Positions 19,798 to 31,968 of a stretch of 64,000 bases of DNA are shown piece by piece. Within the stretch, counting starts at the first letter, position 1. Each line of letters opens with the position of its first letter. The stretch comes from an uncultured Gemmatimonadales bacterium. Lineage in GTDB: Bacteria > Gemmatimonadota > Gemmatimonadetes > Gemmatimonadales > Gemmatimonadaceae. Location: NCBI GenBank assembly GCA_963793305.1, contig CAWBZV010000005.1, positions 480,001 through 544,000 on the forward strand. The letters are read 5' to 3'. The notes beneath the pieces were generated by a model. The model saw only the letters and a program-made list of their open reading frames with translations, made no database searches and had not been told where the DNA came from. The position numbers were made by a program, and so were the translations under genes.

Positions 19798-22187
19798 ATG
19801 CACATGCCGATGATCGTTCAAGAGCTTCGCTACGCGTTCGACGGTCTGCGTCGCCGACAAGCATTCGCGGTCACGGCGATCCTGAGTGTGGGGCTGGGCA
19901 TAGGCGCGGCGACCACGGTGCTCAGTGTGTCCATTGGTGTGCTGGCGCGCCCATTGCCGTACCGGGCGCCGGAGCAGCTGGTGGCGATTTGGCCCGGGCG
20001 CGCGCTCGCCGGACGAGAGGTCAATGCGATCGAGCAACAGGCGACGAGCCTGACGGCGGTCGCTAGCGTCAGCCCCGGTTGGCTCATGACGCTAACGCAC
20101 GTGATCGAGCCCCGCCAAGTCGATGTGGGCCGCTTGAGTGGCGATCTGTTCGGGTTGCTCGGCGTCACGCCTTTCATCGGTCGAGCGTTCGGGAGAGAAG
20201 CCGACGTGACCGGCCGGGATCATGTGGCCGTACTGAGTTACCGCCTCTGGCAGTCCGTGTTCAGCGGCGACCGATCGATCGTCGGGCGATCGATCGTGCT
20301 CGGCGGTGAACCGTACACCGTGGCTGCGGTGATGCCGCCGACGTTCCGCGTGTTCAGCTTTACCTCTGACATGTGGGTGCCGTTGCCCGACGATCGTTCC
20401 GCGTGGTGGTGGACCGGAGCGCAGATGTTGGCGTTCGGCCGTTTGCGGCCAGGCGCGACCGCGCACGCGGCATCGGTGGAGCTCGCAACGATCGCGCCGC
20501 GTGTCGAGAGCGAGTTCCATCTGGAGACCGACTGGGCGGCCGGTGCTCGGGTCGTCGGATTGGCCGAGAGCATGGTTGGCGCGGTCGCGCCTATCGTCAC
20601 GCTGCTGACCGGGGCGGTCGGACTGCTGCTCGCGCTTGCCACGGCCAACGTCGCCATTCTGCTGCTCGTGCGGGCTGCCGAGCGGCGGGCCGAGATGGCG
20701 ACACGCGCCGCGCTGGGTGCGACGCCAGCGCGACTCGTTCGGGTCACGCTGTCGGAGAGCCGGTCATCGGGTTGGTGGGAGGCGTGATCGGTATCGCGCT
20801 CGCTCGGTTGGGCGTGGCGCTCGTCGTGTCGATCCTGCCATCGGCGCTCCCGCGGATCGAAGAGATCCGCTTGCAGCCGCTCGTCCTACTGGCGTCCGCG
20901 GCGCTCACGTTGGTCACTACGCTGGTTGTCGGTTCTGTCCCGGCGTGGAAGGCCAGAGCCGAGGGATTGGCGATTCATCTGCGCGACGCCCGCACGGTAG
21001 CGACTGGCGGTGAGCAGACGCGCGGGTTGCTGATTTCGCTGGAGATGGCGCTCGCGCTCATCCTGTGCGTTGGCGCTACCCTCATGGGCCGCACATTGGT
21101 CGCCCTCTCGCGCGTGGATCCCGGACTCGAACGCGACCACCTGCTGACCATGAAGGTCGAACCATTCGCGCCCTCGAACGACGACGAGCTGCGCGCGTAC
21201 TGGCGCTCCGTGCTGTCGCGGGTCGAGGCCGTCCCGGGCGTCAGTTCCGCGGCAACCATTCTGCATTTGCCGACGATCGGGCGGAGTTGGGATGCTCCCA
21301 TTCAGATCGAAGGGCAGCCGCTGGCGGCGGACGCGTCGCCGCCGCTCGCGCACTGGCAGGCGGTGTCGGTCGGGTACTTCCACACGGCGGGTGTGAAGGT
21401 GCTTCGAGGGCGGGCCTTCGAGGCATCCGATGGGCCAACGTCGCCCCGTGTGATCGCGGTCAACTCGGCGTTCGCTGCGCGACTGTTCCCCAATGTCGAT
21501 CCGATCGGCCACCGGATTCGAGCCAAAAATGCGACCAACGACTCCCTGGCGACCATAGTCGCCGAGGTCGCCAGTGTTCGGCATGACAGCTTAACGGGCC
21601 CCCCGGGACCCGAGGTGTATGTGCCATTCGCGCAGCATCCGGTGGGCGCGACGGGTCTCATCGTCCGGACACGCGTGCCTCCGTTGTCGGTTGCCGCGTC
21701 TATCCGCGATCAAATTGCCTCGGTCGATCGCGACACGCCCATCTCGGATGTGCAAACGATGGACAGCCTCCTTGGGGCTTCGGTCGCCCGAGAGCGTATG
21801 ATACTGATCCTGCTCGGGGTGTTCGCGGGTATGGGGCTCTTGCTTGCCGCCATCGGTGTGTACGGTGTGGTCGCGTTCGGCGCCGCGCAGCGAGTGAAGG
21901 AGATCGGGATCCGGATGGCGCTCGGGGCCAATGCCCCGGCGATACGGAGACTGCTCCTCGGGCATGGGTTGCGGTACACGGCACTGGGCGCCGCGGTCGG
22001 TGTGTGCGTGGCGCTGGCGGCGTCGCGCGTCATGCGGGCCGTCCTGTTCGGCGTGCCGAGCATTGACGCTGTGTCGTTCATTGCGGCGCCCATCATTCTC
22101 GCGGTCGTTGCCGCGGCGGCGAGCTGGATTCCGGCACGGCGGGCTGCCGCTATCGCACCGACCGTGGCCCTCGCCAAGGAGCAGTGA
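19798..22187 (+). CDS. ADOP-family duplicated MacB_PCD/FtsX ABC permease, frameshifted near 20760
   Basis: Two MacB_PCD+FtsX halves; 'ANVAILLLVRAAERRAEMATRAALGA' and 'GVYGVVAFGAAQRVKEIGIRMALGA'. Confidence 0.9.
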
Positions 22188-22230
22188 GATCGGCTGGCGC
22201 CGCGCGGCTTCCCGTCGTGGCGGTGAGCGC

Positions 22231-23116
22231 TCATTGAGACGGCCGACGTATCGCCAGTCCGTACGTTCGCGTTGCGTCAATCGGGGCGAGCACGCTATCG
22301 GATGGTGTCGTCGCGAACAGGAGCCAGTTGGTTTCCCGGCCGTTCGCGGTCACGTGATCGCGTCGCACCACGGTGCCGCGATCGTAGTGAAGGTACACGT
22401 AGTCGGCGACCGGGCGAACGCGAGTGCTGCTGAATGGCGAGCCCGTCCCAGTCACATACTCGCCAACGGGAAACCGAGGGTTCAGTCCGAACGAATCGCG
22501 TATCGTCGGCTCGTCGAGGTAGGACCAAGCCTTCGGCCCACCGGTGCTGCCCGAGGCCATGTACTGCAGCGCCCCATCTGCACCGTAGTTGGCCATAACA
22601 GTCCGGTTTCCGTAGGGCCCTGCGACCGTGCGCGACACGCTAATGTGATCGAGGACGAGTCGTGCGCCCTCGGGTGCGGCGTCCGACTCGGTCGGAGGTT
22701 CGTTCAGCGTCATCCCGGGGTATAGGACCGTCTCGACCCGGATCACGGTCCCGTACTCCGGATCGTATGGGTAGAACGTGTGGACGAGTATCGAGTCCGG
22801 TCCAGTCGCTGAGAGCAATTGGTACTTCTCGCGGTACATCAAGATGGTATGCGGTGTCGCAATAGAGGTCATCGTAGAAGTACGGCTGGTCGGTGCCGCT
22901 CCGGTGCACGGTCGCTGACCGTCGACCCCAAAAGTCTGGTTTTTCGGCGTAGTAGAACTCGCCTTTGGGTGGGGGAGACCACATGCGATCCTCGAACGTG
23001 ACCTTGCGGGTCGCGACATCGATCGACATGTGCCGATACAGATGGTCGTAGAAATTCATCTCATCGGAGCAGGCCCAGAGCATGAGGGCGGCGATGCCGA
23101 TCAGTGCAGCGCGCAT
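22231..23116 (-). CDS. Hypothetical lipoprotein, frameshifted near 22850
   Basis: 'MRAALIGIAALMLWAC' lipobox; Tyr-rich coding-like sequence continues in a second frame to 22231. Confidence 0.55.
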
Positions 23117-23279
23117 GCACTCCTGACGACGGCGGGCCGGCATCGACACGCGCGTGGTCGCCGCGCCGTAGGCCATCCGTCCGAGCGGGGGGGCCGCGCC
23201 GCCTCGGGGCAAAAGAGACGACGCGGTTGACAACCCCAAAACATCGAACCCTGAAACGTTCGTGCGGCGCAGCGAGATG

Positions 23280-23296
23280 TCTTGAATGAATCCAAC
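23280..23296 (-). promoter_or_regulatory. Recurrent site GTTGGATTCATTCAAGA
   Basis: AACGTT at 19 nt; faces the lipoprotein gene at 23116. Confidence 0.78.
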
Positions 23297-23344
23297 GTGG
23301 CGAGCGTGCGTGTCCTCGTGCACATTCCGAACCACGGAGGGGTG

Positions 23345-25781
23345 ATGATGCTAGGTGACGTACTGACGCAAGATATCCGATTCGCGATGCGCCAACTGGT
23401 GCGGTCGCGGTCGTTCGCAGCCACGGCTATCGCGACGCTCGCCATTGGCGTGGGGGCGACCGTGGCGGTTTTTTCGGTCGTCGATGCGGTGGTCTTGCGA
23501 CCGTTCCCGTTTCAGGACGCGGATCGCGTCGTCAACGTGCACCCGGCGCACGATGGTGCGCCGCAGCCGATCTCGTCGAATCTGGAGTTCGCCACCTGGC
23601 GCGCGCTGCCGCGGACGTTCGACCAGGCGGCAGCGCTCGTGCCGCTCGCCTCGTTCATCTTGACTCGCGGTGATGCGCCGGAGGTGCTCACCGGCACCCG
23701 CAGTACATCGGCGCTCACGGAGGTCTTCGGGGTCAACCCAGAGGTCGGGCGTGGATTCGGGCCGGCGGACGATCAACCCGGCGCGCCGCATGTCGTGCTG
23801 CTGAGTCATAGCCTCTGGATGCGTGACTTCGACGGCGCGCGGGCGATCGTCGGACAATCGATTCGCCTCGACAGTGTCTCGTACGAGGTGATCGGCGTGA
23901 TGCCGGCGTCGTTCGACGTCGTGTACCCTGGCAGCGCGGTGTGGGTGCCGCTCACCTTGTCGTCGACCGATCTCCTCGATTTCAAGCAGCGGAACCTGCT
24001 GGTGGTGGCGCGCCTCGCCCCCGGGGTCTCGGTGCGTCAAGCCGCGTCGGCGGTGGATGGCGCCGAACAGCGACTCCAGTCGCAGTATCCGACGTGGGGC
24101 AGTGGGTACACGGGTCAAGTGACGCGATTCGCGGACGACGCGATCGGACCGGTCCGGAGCCGACTCTTCATCCTGCTGGGCGCGGTGTCGTTCGTGTTCC
24201 TGATTGCGTGCGTGAATGTCGCCAACCTGCTGTTGGCCCGTGGGAGCACGCGCGCGCGGGAGATCGGCGTTCGCACGGCTCTGGGCGCAGGGCGCGAGCG
24301 GATCATCGGGCAGCTTCTCACCGAGAGCGCGCTGTTGTGCGTGGTGGCCGCGGCGGTCGGGGTCGCGCTGGCGTTCGGTCTGGTGCGGGCGCTCGTCGCC
24401 CTGAGCCCTCCTGGTGTCCCACGAATCGGCGAGTCGCATATCGACGCCCGCGTACTGCTGGTCACGCTTGGCGTTGCCGCGCTCTGCACCACGCTGGTCG
24501 GGCTCTTTCCCGCCGTCCGCGTTGCCGGCGCCACGATGCTCGCGGCGCTGCGCGAAGGTGGGCGGGGGTCGGGCGAGGGACGTACGCGCGGACGCGCGCG
24601 CAATGTGCTGGTCGCGGGCGAAGTCGCGCTCGCCATGGCGCTTCTCACGGGCGCGGGCTTGCTGATTCGGACGGCGTGGGCGATCAGTCACGTCGACCCC
24701 GGGTTCGATAGCGGGCATCTGCTCACCGCGCAGCTTTTGCCGCCGCCCGCGCGGTATCCTGATCTCCGGTCTGGTGGCGTGGTGTATCGGGCGATTCGCG
24801 AGGGCCTGTCGCGAACGCCGGGTGTCGAAGGCACCGCACTCGCATCGTCGCTCCCGTTCCAAGTGCCATTCCGCGCGGGCGTGGGGGCCGAAGGGCGGCC
24901 GTTCACCGATGGGGAGCGACAGATAGCCGATCTGCACATTGTGTCGCCCGATTACTTCGCGACGATGAAGATGCGGCTCCTCGAGGGGCGCGATTTTGCG
25001 CCGACGGACAACGCGGATGCACCGAACGTGGCCATCATTAGTGAGGCGTTGGCGCGCAAGCTGTGGCCGGGTGAGCGCGCCGTCGGCAAGCGCATGGAGG
25101 GCATGGATCCGAGTCACCAACACTTCATGACCGTGGTGGGTCTCGTCCGGGATCCGCGCGATGCGGCGGTCGACCAGTTGCCGCACCCGGAGTTCTACAT
25201 CCCGTACGAGCAGAACGTCGCCGGCGCTGTGGGCGAGTTTCCAGGGGTCGTTGGCGGTCGTAGCGCGCACGGCGAGCGATCCGGCGACAATGGAGCGAGC
25301 GCTGCGCGGCGCCGTGGCCGCCGTCGATCCGAGTCTGCCGCTTTCATCCGTCTCTACAATGGATCAATTGCTGCGCGGATCGCGGGCCGAGGCGCATTTC
25401 AATACGCTCCTCCTCTCGGTGCTGGCGGCGGTTGCGCTCCTCTTGGCGAGTGTTGGTGTCTACGGTTTGGTTGCATATGCGGTGGCGCAGCGCACGCGTG
25501 AGATCGGACTCCGCATGGCGCTTGGGGCGACGCCGCCCATGATCGCGGCGCTGGTAGTGCGCCAGGGGCTCTTGCCGATCGTGGCTGGCGCGGTAGCCGG
25601 TGGGGCGCTCTCCGTCATGACGACGCGTCTGCTTCGCGAGCAGCTGTACGGCGTAGCCCCCGGCGATCCGACGACGATTCTGGCGATCGCAGTGCTGCTC
25701 GTGATCGTCTCGCTCGTCGCGGCTGGTGTCCCGACACGCCGGGCGATGTCGATCGCGCCGGTGACCGCATTGGCCTCATGA
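23345..25781 (+). CDS. ADOP-family ABC permease, frameshifted near 25215
   Basis: GGAGG RBS; 'QDIRFAMRQL...LIACVNVANLLLARGSTRAREIGVRTALGA...QRTREIGLRMALGA'. Confidence 0.92.
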
Positions 25782-27124
25782 TCGCTCGCGTGGCTTTGGC
25801 GTTGGCACTTGTGGCGACGCCGGTGCCCGGCCGATATCGGGCCGTTCCGATCACGTCCTATCACTTGGCGAACGGTCTCAAGGTCGTGTTGGCGCCGGAC
25901 TCGACGACCTCAGTCGTTGCCGTCGGGGTGTATTATGGCATCGGACAGCGCACCGAGCCGGTCGGTCATGAGGGGTTCGCGCACTTGTTCGAGCATCTCA
26001 TGTTCGAGGGGTCGGCGCATCTGGCGCCCGGTGAGTTGATTCGGCTGATTCAGGCGAACGGTGGGACGTTCAACGGCAATACGCGGTTCGACTTCACCGA
26101 CTTCTGGGAGGTCGTGCCGCCGGCGGCCGTGCGCCTCATGTTGTGGGCGGAAGCGGATCGGATGCACACGCTCGTCGTCGACGATTCGGCGCTGCGGCGC
26201 CAGAAGGAGATCGTCAAGACCGAAGTGCGCCTGTCGTACATCGACGTGCCCGACGGGGGCTTTCCGTGGTTGGACGTGCCCCGCGTCGCGAACCGCAACT
26301 GGCAAAACGCGCATGACTTCCGGGGCCGGCCGTCCGAGCTCGACTCGGCGACGCTCGACGAGGTGCGCCGATTCCATCGGCGGTACTACGTGCCCAACAA
26401 CGCGGTCGTCGTCCTGTCCGGGGCATTTCGGTTGGCGGACGCGCGCCGGTGGATCGACGAGTATTTCGCGGGCATTCCGCGTGGGGAGGCGATCCAACTG
26501 CCGGATACGCGCGAGCCGCCGCAAACCGCGGAGCGACGCGGGGAGCGGATCGACTCGCTGGCTACGTCGCCGGTGCTGGCGGTCGCGTTTCATATGCCAC
26601 CCCGCCACACGCGGGCGTTCTTCGCCATGGTACTCATCGATCAGCTGGTCTTGCAGGCGAGCGACAGCTGGTTGAACACGGCGTTGGTGCAGCGCGGCAA
26701 GCTCGCGACGGCGGTCTTCGGGGGTGCGAATCTCCAGGGCAGCCTCTTCGACTACAACGGGCCGATGCTGTGGACGGTCGGTGCGCAGTACTCGCGTCTC
26801 GACCAAGCCGATACGATCACGGCGGTCATTCAGGCTACGCTGGACCGCCTCGGGCGCGAGTCAGTCGACACGACGGCGTTGCGCGTCGCCCGGCAGGAGG
26901 CGTTGTCGACGCTGTACGATCTCTCCGATGATCGTGGTGGGTTCGGCCGGTTGAATCTGCTGGCGTCGTTCGCGCTCTTCGACGACGATCCGACACAGAT
27001 CGACCGACTCGAGTCCGAGATCGAGGGGGTGACGGCGGCGGACATTCGCGAGACGGCGCGGCGCTACCTCTCGACGGCGCAGCGAACGGTGTATGTGCGA
27101 CGCCCGCCTCGCGTGACGCCATGA
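25778..27124 (+). CDS. M16 (pitrilysin/insulinase) peptidase, catalytic subunit
   Basis: Inverted zincin HLFEH ('GFAHLFEHLMFEGS'), 'LANGLKVVL', 'YYVPNNAVVVLSG'. Confidence 0.93.
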   Translation: MIARVALALALVATPVPGRYRAVPITSYHLANGLKVVLAPDSTTSVVAVGVYYGIGQRTEPVGHEGFAHLFEHLMFEGSAHLAPGELIRLIQANGGTFNGNTRFDFTDFWEVVPPAAVRLMLWAEADRMHTLVVDDSALRRQKEIVKTEVRLSYIDVPDGGFPWLDVPRVANRNWQNAHDFRGRPSELDSATLDEVRRFHRRYYVPNNAVVVLSGAFRLADARRWIDEYFAGIPRGEAIQLPDTREPPQTAERRGERIDSLATSPVLAVAFHMPPRHTRAFFAMVLIDQLVLQASDSWLNTALVQRGKLATAVFGGANLQGSLFDYNGPMLWTVGAQYSRLDQADTITAVIQATLDRLGRESVDTTALRVARQEALSTLYDLSDDRGGFGRLNLLASFALFDDDPTQIDRLESEIEGVTAADIRETARRYLSTAQRTVYVRRPPRVTP

Positions 27125-28479
27125 AGCGTCTTCCGGTCGTTGCACTTTGCATCGCGGCGCTCGCATCTCTCGTGTCGTCATCTCTCGTAGGTGCGCAGCC
27201 GTCGGCGATGCCCGCGGTGGGTGCCATCGCTCCCGGGCGCACCGTTCTCCGACGGGACACGGTGTTGGCGGATGGCGTTCATGTGACACTCGCTCACGTC
27301 GGTGCGTCGCCAAAGGCACTGGTGCGCGTCGTGCTGGCGACCGGTGCGGAGCCCGCGAGTGTATGCGGCGCGACGGCCGCGTTGGCGCACGCCATGGAAG
27401 GCGTGGGCCTCGGGGATTCGATCGGCCACATGGGTGGGCAGCTCGTCACATTGGCGCGGGCCGAGCGAGTCGAGCTTACCGTCGAGGTGCTGAGCGCGTT
27501 CGCGCCGGTGGCGGTGGACCTCGTCGCTGGTCTCGTTCGCGCGCCGGACTCGGGCGCGGCGCGTGCGATTCCAACATCATCAGGCAGCGCTGATAGCGTG
27601 GCTATGGAGGCGCTGCGGCAGGCATTTTTTCCCGCGGGGCAGTTCGGATCCACGTGTCCCGCTGGCGGGGAGCCGAGCGAAGGGCGGGCGGCCGACGTCG
27701 AGCGGTTCTATCGCGCACGGGTCGGGCCGACCGCGACGCGCGTTCTGGTCGTGGGTCGGTTCGATGACCGTGACGTACTTCGCGAGGTCGACCGTGCCTT
27801 TGGAGACTGGCCACGGGATCGAGTGGTGAGCGATTCAGGCGGGGTGACTGCTGGCGCGGCGCCGCCGCTCATCATCGTGCATCGCGCGGGGGTGCGGCAG
27901 AGCGCCATCGTGATCGGTGCGGCGGTGCCGGGTGCGGCGGATTCGGACTTCGCGGCGCTCCGGGTGATGGACGTCCTCTTGGGTGGCAATGTTGCTTCGC
28001 GCATTACGGTGAACATCCGGGAGGCGAAGGGCTACGCTTATGGGCCGGGTAGCGTGTTGGTTGCGGCGCCATCCGGTGCGGCGTATTGGGCGGAGCTCGC
28101 CGACGTGAGCACGCCGGTCACGTGGCCGGCGATTCGGGAGATTCTGGCGGAGATCGCCCGCTTAGGGGCCTCGGAGCCGGACAGCGCGGAGCTCGAGGGG
28201 AGTCGTCGTTATCTCCTCGGTCGCACGTTGGTGCAGACGGCGACGAGGCGCGGTTGGGCGGAGCACGATCACCTTGTCGCGCTCATGTCGCGTAGGGGGG
28301 CGGCGTCGGACGGTTCGGGCGATCGGCTGCTGGCGGTGAGCCGCGGCGACATTCGCCGCGTGACGGCGGCGTATTTGGTGGCGCGAAGGCTGACGATTGT
28401 CGTGGTTGGCGACACGGTCGCGATTGGGGAGCAGTTGGGTGCCATTCGCCAAGCGGCGCGAGCGTTGCGGGGCGAGTAG
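27121..28479 (+). CDS. M16 peptidase, non-catalytic partner subunit
   Basis: No HxxEH; 'LLGGNVASRITVNIREAKGYAY' R/Y motif; ATGA-coupled to the catalytic subunit. Confidence 0.85.
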   Translation: MKRLPVVALCIAALASLVSSSLVGAQPSAMPAVGAIAPGRTVLRRDTVLADGVHVTLAHVGASPKALVRVVLATGAEPASVCGATAALAHAMEGVGLGDSIGHMGGQLVTLARAERVELTVEVLSAFAPVAVDLVAGLVRAPDSGAARAIPTSSGSADSVAMEALRQAFFPAGQFGSTCPAGGEPSEGRAADVERFYRARVGPTATRVLVVGRFDDRDVLREVDRAFGDWPRDRVVSDSGGVTAGAAPPLIIVHRAGVRQSAIVIGAAVPGAADSDFAALRVMDVLLGGNVASRITVNIREAKGYAYGPGSVLVAAPSGAAYWAELADVSTPVTWPAIREILAEIARLGASEPDSAELEGSRRYLLGRTLVQTATRRGWAEHDHLVALMSRRGAASDGSGDRLLAVSRGDIRRVTAAYLVARRLTIVVVGDTVAIGEQLGAIRQAARALRGE

Positions 28480-28527
28480 CACGCCATCCGGTCTCCCACG
28501 CGTGCCCGCGCGACCGGGTCGAGTCGT

Positions 28528-28544
28528 GTTGCATCCATTCAAGA
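28528..28544 (+). promoter_or_regulatory. Recurrent site GTTGCATCCATTCAAGA
   Basis: CAAGTT at 19 nt; upstream of 28624. Confidence 0.8.
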
Positions 28545-28623
28545 TCGGATCACGCGGGCATCCCAAGTTCGACTTGGAATAACGCGCCGGCGTTCTTGCT
28601 GCGCCCCCCAATTGCACCGACTC

Positions 28624-29898
28624 ATGAGGCCGAACCTGCAACGCGCCTGGTCCGTAGCGCTTGCCTTGTTGACGCTGGCTGCACCGCTGAGTGCCCAGCC
28701 GCACACCACGACCGTCGCGTCGTTTGCATTGGCCGAGGTGCAGCCGGGGGAGCCATCGTGGATGCCGGTCTTCCGCCTCCGCGCCGGCGAGGCCAGGTAT
28801 CGCGGCGGCACATGGTGGGAGACCTATGCGCAGATGCGGGCGCAAGCGGAAGCCCGCATCGGCAACGATGCTGGGGCCATGGCGTTCTTCGATCGGCTCC
28901 TTCCGCTGTCCACCCAGACGATCGTGTTCCCGCCGGGGGTCCGAGCCGTTCCGGCACTCGACGTGCTCGCGGCCGCGGCCGATACGGCGCGGGTGATCAT
29001 GGTGAATGAGCAGCACCACGTCAGCGCCAGTCGCTTGCTGACGCTTCGGCTGTTGCCGATCCTCTGGGCGAAAGGCTTTCGCTATTTGGCGGCGGAGGCG
29101 CTGGCGGTGGCGGACACCGGACTGGGGCGGCGTGGGTACGCGATCGAGCGTGTCACTGGCTACTATACCGACGACCCGGTCTTCGGCGAAATCATTCGCC
29201 AAGCGCTGCGCATTGGTTATCACGTCGTGCCGTACGACGCGGAGGAGTCGCAGGAGGATTCGACGGACGGGCTCAAACCGCAGCTGCGCCGCGACAGCAT
29301 CGAGGCGTTGAACCTCTACGATCGCATCTTTCGCGAAGAGCCCAACGCCAAGGTCCTCGTCCACGCCGGCATCGCCCACATCAAGGAATCGGTGACGGCG
29401 TCGTGGTCGCCGATGGCCGCGTATTTTCGGAAGCTCAGCGGGATCGACCCGGTGACCGCCGACCAAACAACCCTGAGCGAGCACAGCGCGCCGGAATACG
29501 AGCATCCGGCGTATCGAGCGGCGATCGCGGCTGGGCTGCTCCGAGACGTTCCGGTCGTGCTCGTGGATTCTGCCGGAGCGCCCTATCTCCCGGCCCGATT
29601 CGGCGCGGACCTGGAGATTCTCAACCCGCGCACAACTCATGATCATGGGCGGCCGATGTGGATGGCGCTCTTCGGGACACGCGTGGGCGTTGACGTCCGC
29701 GTCGCCGAGTGCGTCGCGCGTCCGTGCGTCGCCGAGGCCGGGCTCGCATCGGAGCCGGACAGTGCTGTCGCGCTCGACCGGGCCGAGCTCTCGGCGGGGG
29801 CAGTGCGCCTCTTCGTGCCGGCCCGCCAGCGCGTGCGTGTGCGCGTCACGGACGCGTCGGGTCGGCCAGTGCGCACGCTCATGCTCCGCGCGCGCTGA
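28624..29898 (+). CDS. Secreted hypothetical protein, possibly EreA/ChaN (Tiki)-fold
   Basis: Signal peptide; 'VIMVNEQHH...GFRYLAAE...RRDSIEALNL...KVLVHAGIAHI' resembles the EreA/ChaN pattern. Confidence 0.6.
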   Translation: MRPNLQRAWSVALALLTLAAPLSAQPHTTTVASFALAEVQPGEPSWMPVFRLRAGEARYRGGTWWETYAQMRAQAEARIGNDAGAMAFFDRLLPLSTQTIVFPPGVRAVPALDVLAAAADTARVIMVNEQHHVSASRLLTLRLLPILWAKGFRYLAAEALAVADTGLGRRGYAIERVTGYYTDDPVFGEIIRQALRIGYHVVPYDAEESQEDSTDGLKPQLRRDSIEALNLYDRIFREEPNAKVLVHAGIAHIKESVTASWSPMAAYFRKLSGIDPVTADQTTLSEHSAPEYEHPAYRAAIAAGLLRDVPVVLVDSAGAPYLPARFGADLEILNPRTTHDHGRPMWMALFGTRVGVDVRVAECVARPCVAEAGLASEPDSAVALDRAELSAGAVRLFVPARQRVRVRVTDASGRPVRTLMLRAR

Positions 29899-29913
29899 TG
29901 TGGTGATCTCAGG

Positions 29914-30265
29914 GTGAGCGCGCTTTACGCTGAGACGCCTATGGCAGCACGCATCGACACGGTGCACGAGAAGGAAGCGCTCGGCGACGGCATCTACCTG
30001 TTTCGCGCGCCGTCGGACCTCGAGGTCTGGACCCAGACGAATACGGTGGTGATCGTCAACGACGAGGACGTCACGGTATTCGACGCGCGCCCGCGTCGAC
30101 CGCGCGGAACGTGATCGCCGAAATCCGGACGATCACCAACAAGCCGGTGCGCACCCTGATCAACTCCCATTGGCACATGGATCACTGGTCCGGGAACGAG
30201 GCGTATGTGAGCGCCTACCCGGGCGTCCAGATCATTGCGACGACCGAGATGCGCGACTTTATGAC
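29914..30265 (+). pseudogene. MBL-fold (cyclase-like) hydrolase N-terminal fragment, frameshifted and truncated
   Basis: 'LGDGIYLF...NTVVIVNDEDVTVFD' then 'IRTITNKPVRTLINSHWHMDHWSGNEAY'; homology ends ~30262. Confidence 0.75.
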
Positions 30266-30299
30266 GTGCACACACCGTTATTCGAAGACGCGTTCACGC

Positions 30300-30937
30300 A
30301 GGTGTTGGACTCGCGTAGCGTGCGCTGGCGCATGCGACGCACGGCCAGAGTGTCACTCGGGTCGTACCCCAGACGTTCGCGGCTCAGGTGGATGACATGC
30401 CGGACCAGCAGACCGGCGGATATGAGCAGTGTAACGGACATCGCGATCTGACTCACGACGAGCGCGTCGCGCACCAGTCCGCTCCGGCGGCGCCCCGGCG
30501 TGATGCCACCGCCTGATCGGAGCGTTCCGGCGACGGCATGCGTCGTCGATCGCAACGCCGGCAGCAACCCACTGAGCAGGCCAGTCAGGAGCGAGATCCC
30601 AGTGCTGAAGGACAGCAGCCAGACGTTCGGGGAGAGTGGGCCCAGGAACGAACGCAGGTTGACGTTGCCGGGCGCCGTCGTCCAGCTGATGGTCACGAGC
30701 TCGATGATCCAGGCTGCGATGGCGATGCCGAGCACCCCGCCGGCCACGGCCAGGAGGCCGCTCTCCACGAGGTGCTGCTGTATGAGGCGGCGACGACTGG
30801 CGCCGAGTGCGCTGCGCAGCGCGATCTCTCTCCGCCGCTCGATGCCGCGGGCGAGCAGCAGGTTGGCCACGTTGGCGCAGGCGATCAATGTCACGAGGCC
30901 CACCGTGGCGGCGCACACGAACAGGGGTCGCCGGCGT
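30300..30937 (-). pseudogene. Internal ADOP permease fragment, near-identical to part of 37876..40266
   Basis: 30421-30900 aligns without gaps to 38971-39450 (offset 8550) with ~24 mismatches by hand count. Confidence 0.9.
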
Positions 30938-31073
30938 CGGGATGCCGGTCGCCACCACGCGGTTGCGGCGATGGGTGTCTCCGGTGAAGTGTACGAAAAC
31001 GGTGTGCAGTGCGTCGCGTCCATCCGGGGCCAGAAACTTCGCGGCTCCGGCCAATCAGAAAAAGGAGGCCACG

Positions 31074-31968
31074 TTGCGTTATCTCAAGTTCATTTTCCCA
31101 CTTTGGACGCTCAACAGCGCCCGTGTGGCCGCGCAGGATAGTGGAATAGTATGCCGTCAGCAGTTCAAGACTTCGAACAACTGCTATCACCTCTTCAGGC
31201 CGGCCGATTCTGCTCGAGGGCTCGTCGTCCTACTTCCATATTTCGGATCGAACGCCAACGAGTTTTCGTCTGCCGCTCTGCCGAGACTACTCGTGCAGCA
31301 GCACGTGGCCGCGATGGCCGTGAGCGCCAGCGGTTACCTCACGGACGATGACCTCCTTACGCTGAGGGGATTGATCGGAGCGGTCGTTCGGGAGCTGAAC
31401 ATTCCGTCAGGGCGTGTGGATGTCGGAGGCATTTCCGCCGGAGGAACGGGCGCGCTCCGGTATGCAGAATACTGTATGGCCGGTCACTGCGATGCGCGTT
31501 CCGAGCCCGTTGCCGTTTTCTCCGTCGATGCGCCGTTGGATTTCGAGGCCTGGTGGAACAGAGAGACACTGAATTTGCGGCGCGGGAATCCGACATCTTC
31601 CTTGGAGGAATCGCAAGCGATTCTGAACGCATTGCGTTCGGCTCTTGGCGGTTCGCCGAATCAGGTCCGCCAGGTCTATCGCCGCCGGTCGCCCTTCCTC
31701 GTCTCGGACAAAGACGGAGGGAATGCGCGGTTGCTTAAGAACCTGCCCATCCGACTTTATACGGAGCCAGACGTTATTCTGGACGGTCGAGAATATCGGA
31801 CGCGACTACTACACCACGAACGCCGTTGACCAAGCAGCCTTAGTTCTTCAACTGCGAATGCTCGGCAACATGAAAGCCGAATTAATCACAACGACCGGCA
31901 GGGGGTTCAGGCCGCCAGGGACACGCAATCCGCATTCGTGGACAATAGTCGATGAACCAGAGCTGAGA
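31074..31968 (+). CDS. Alpha/beta hydrolase-fold protein, frameshifted near 31780 and probably C-terminally clipped
   Basis: AAGGAGG RBS + TTG; 'GGISAGG' nucleophile elbow, 'VDAPLD', 'RNPHSWTIVD'; visibly lower GC than neighbours. Confidence 0.65.

Noticed and set aside
19808..19823. Half motif ATCGTTCAAGA at the ADOP start
   Set aside because: Lies in coding sequence (MIVQE) and lacks the GTTG half
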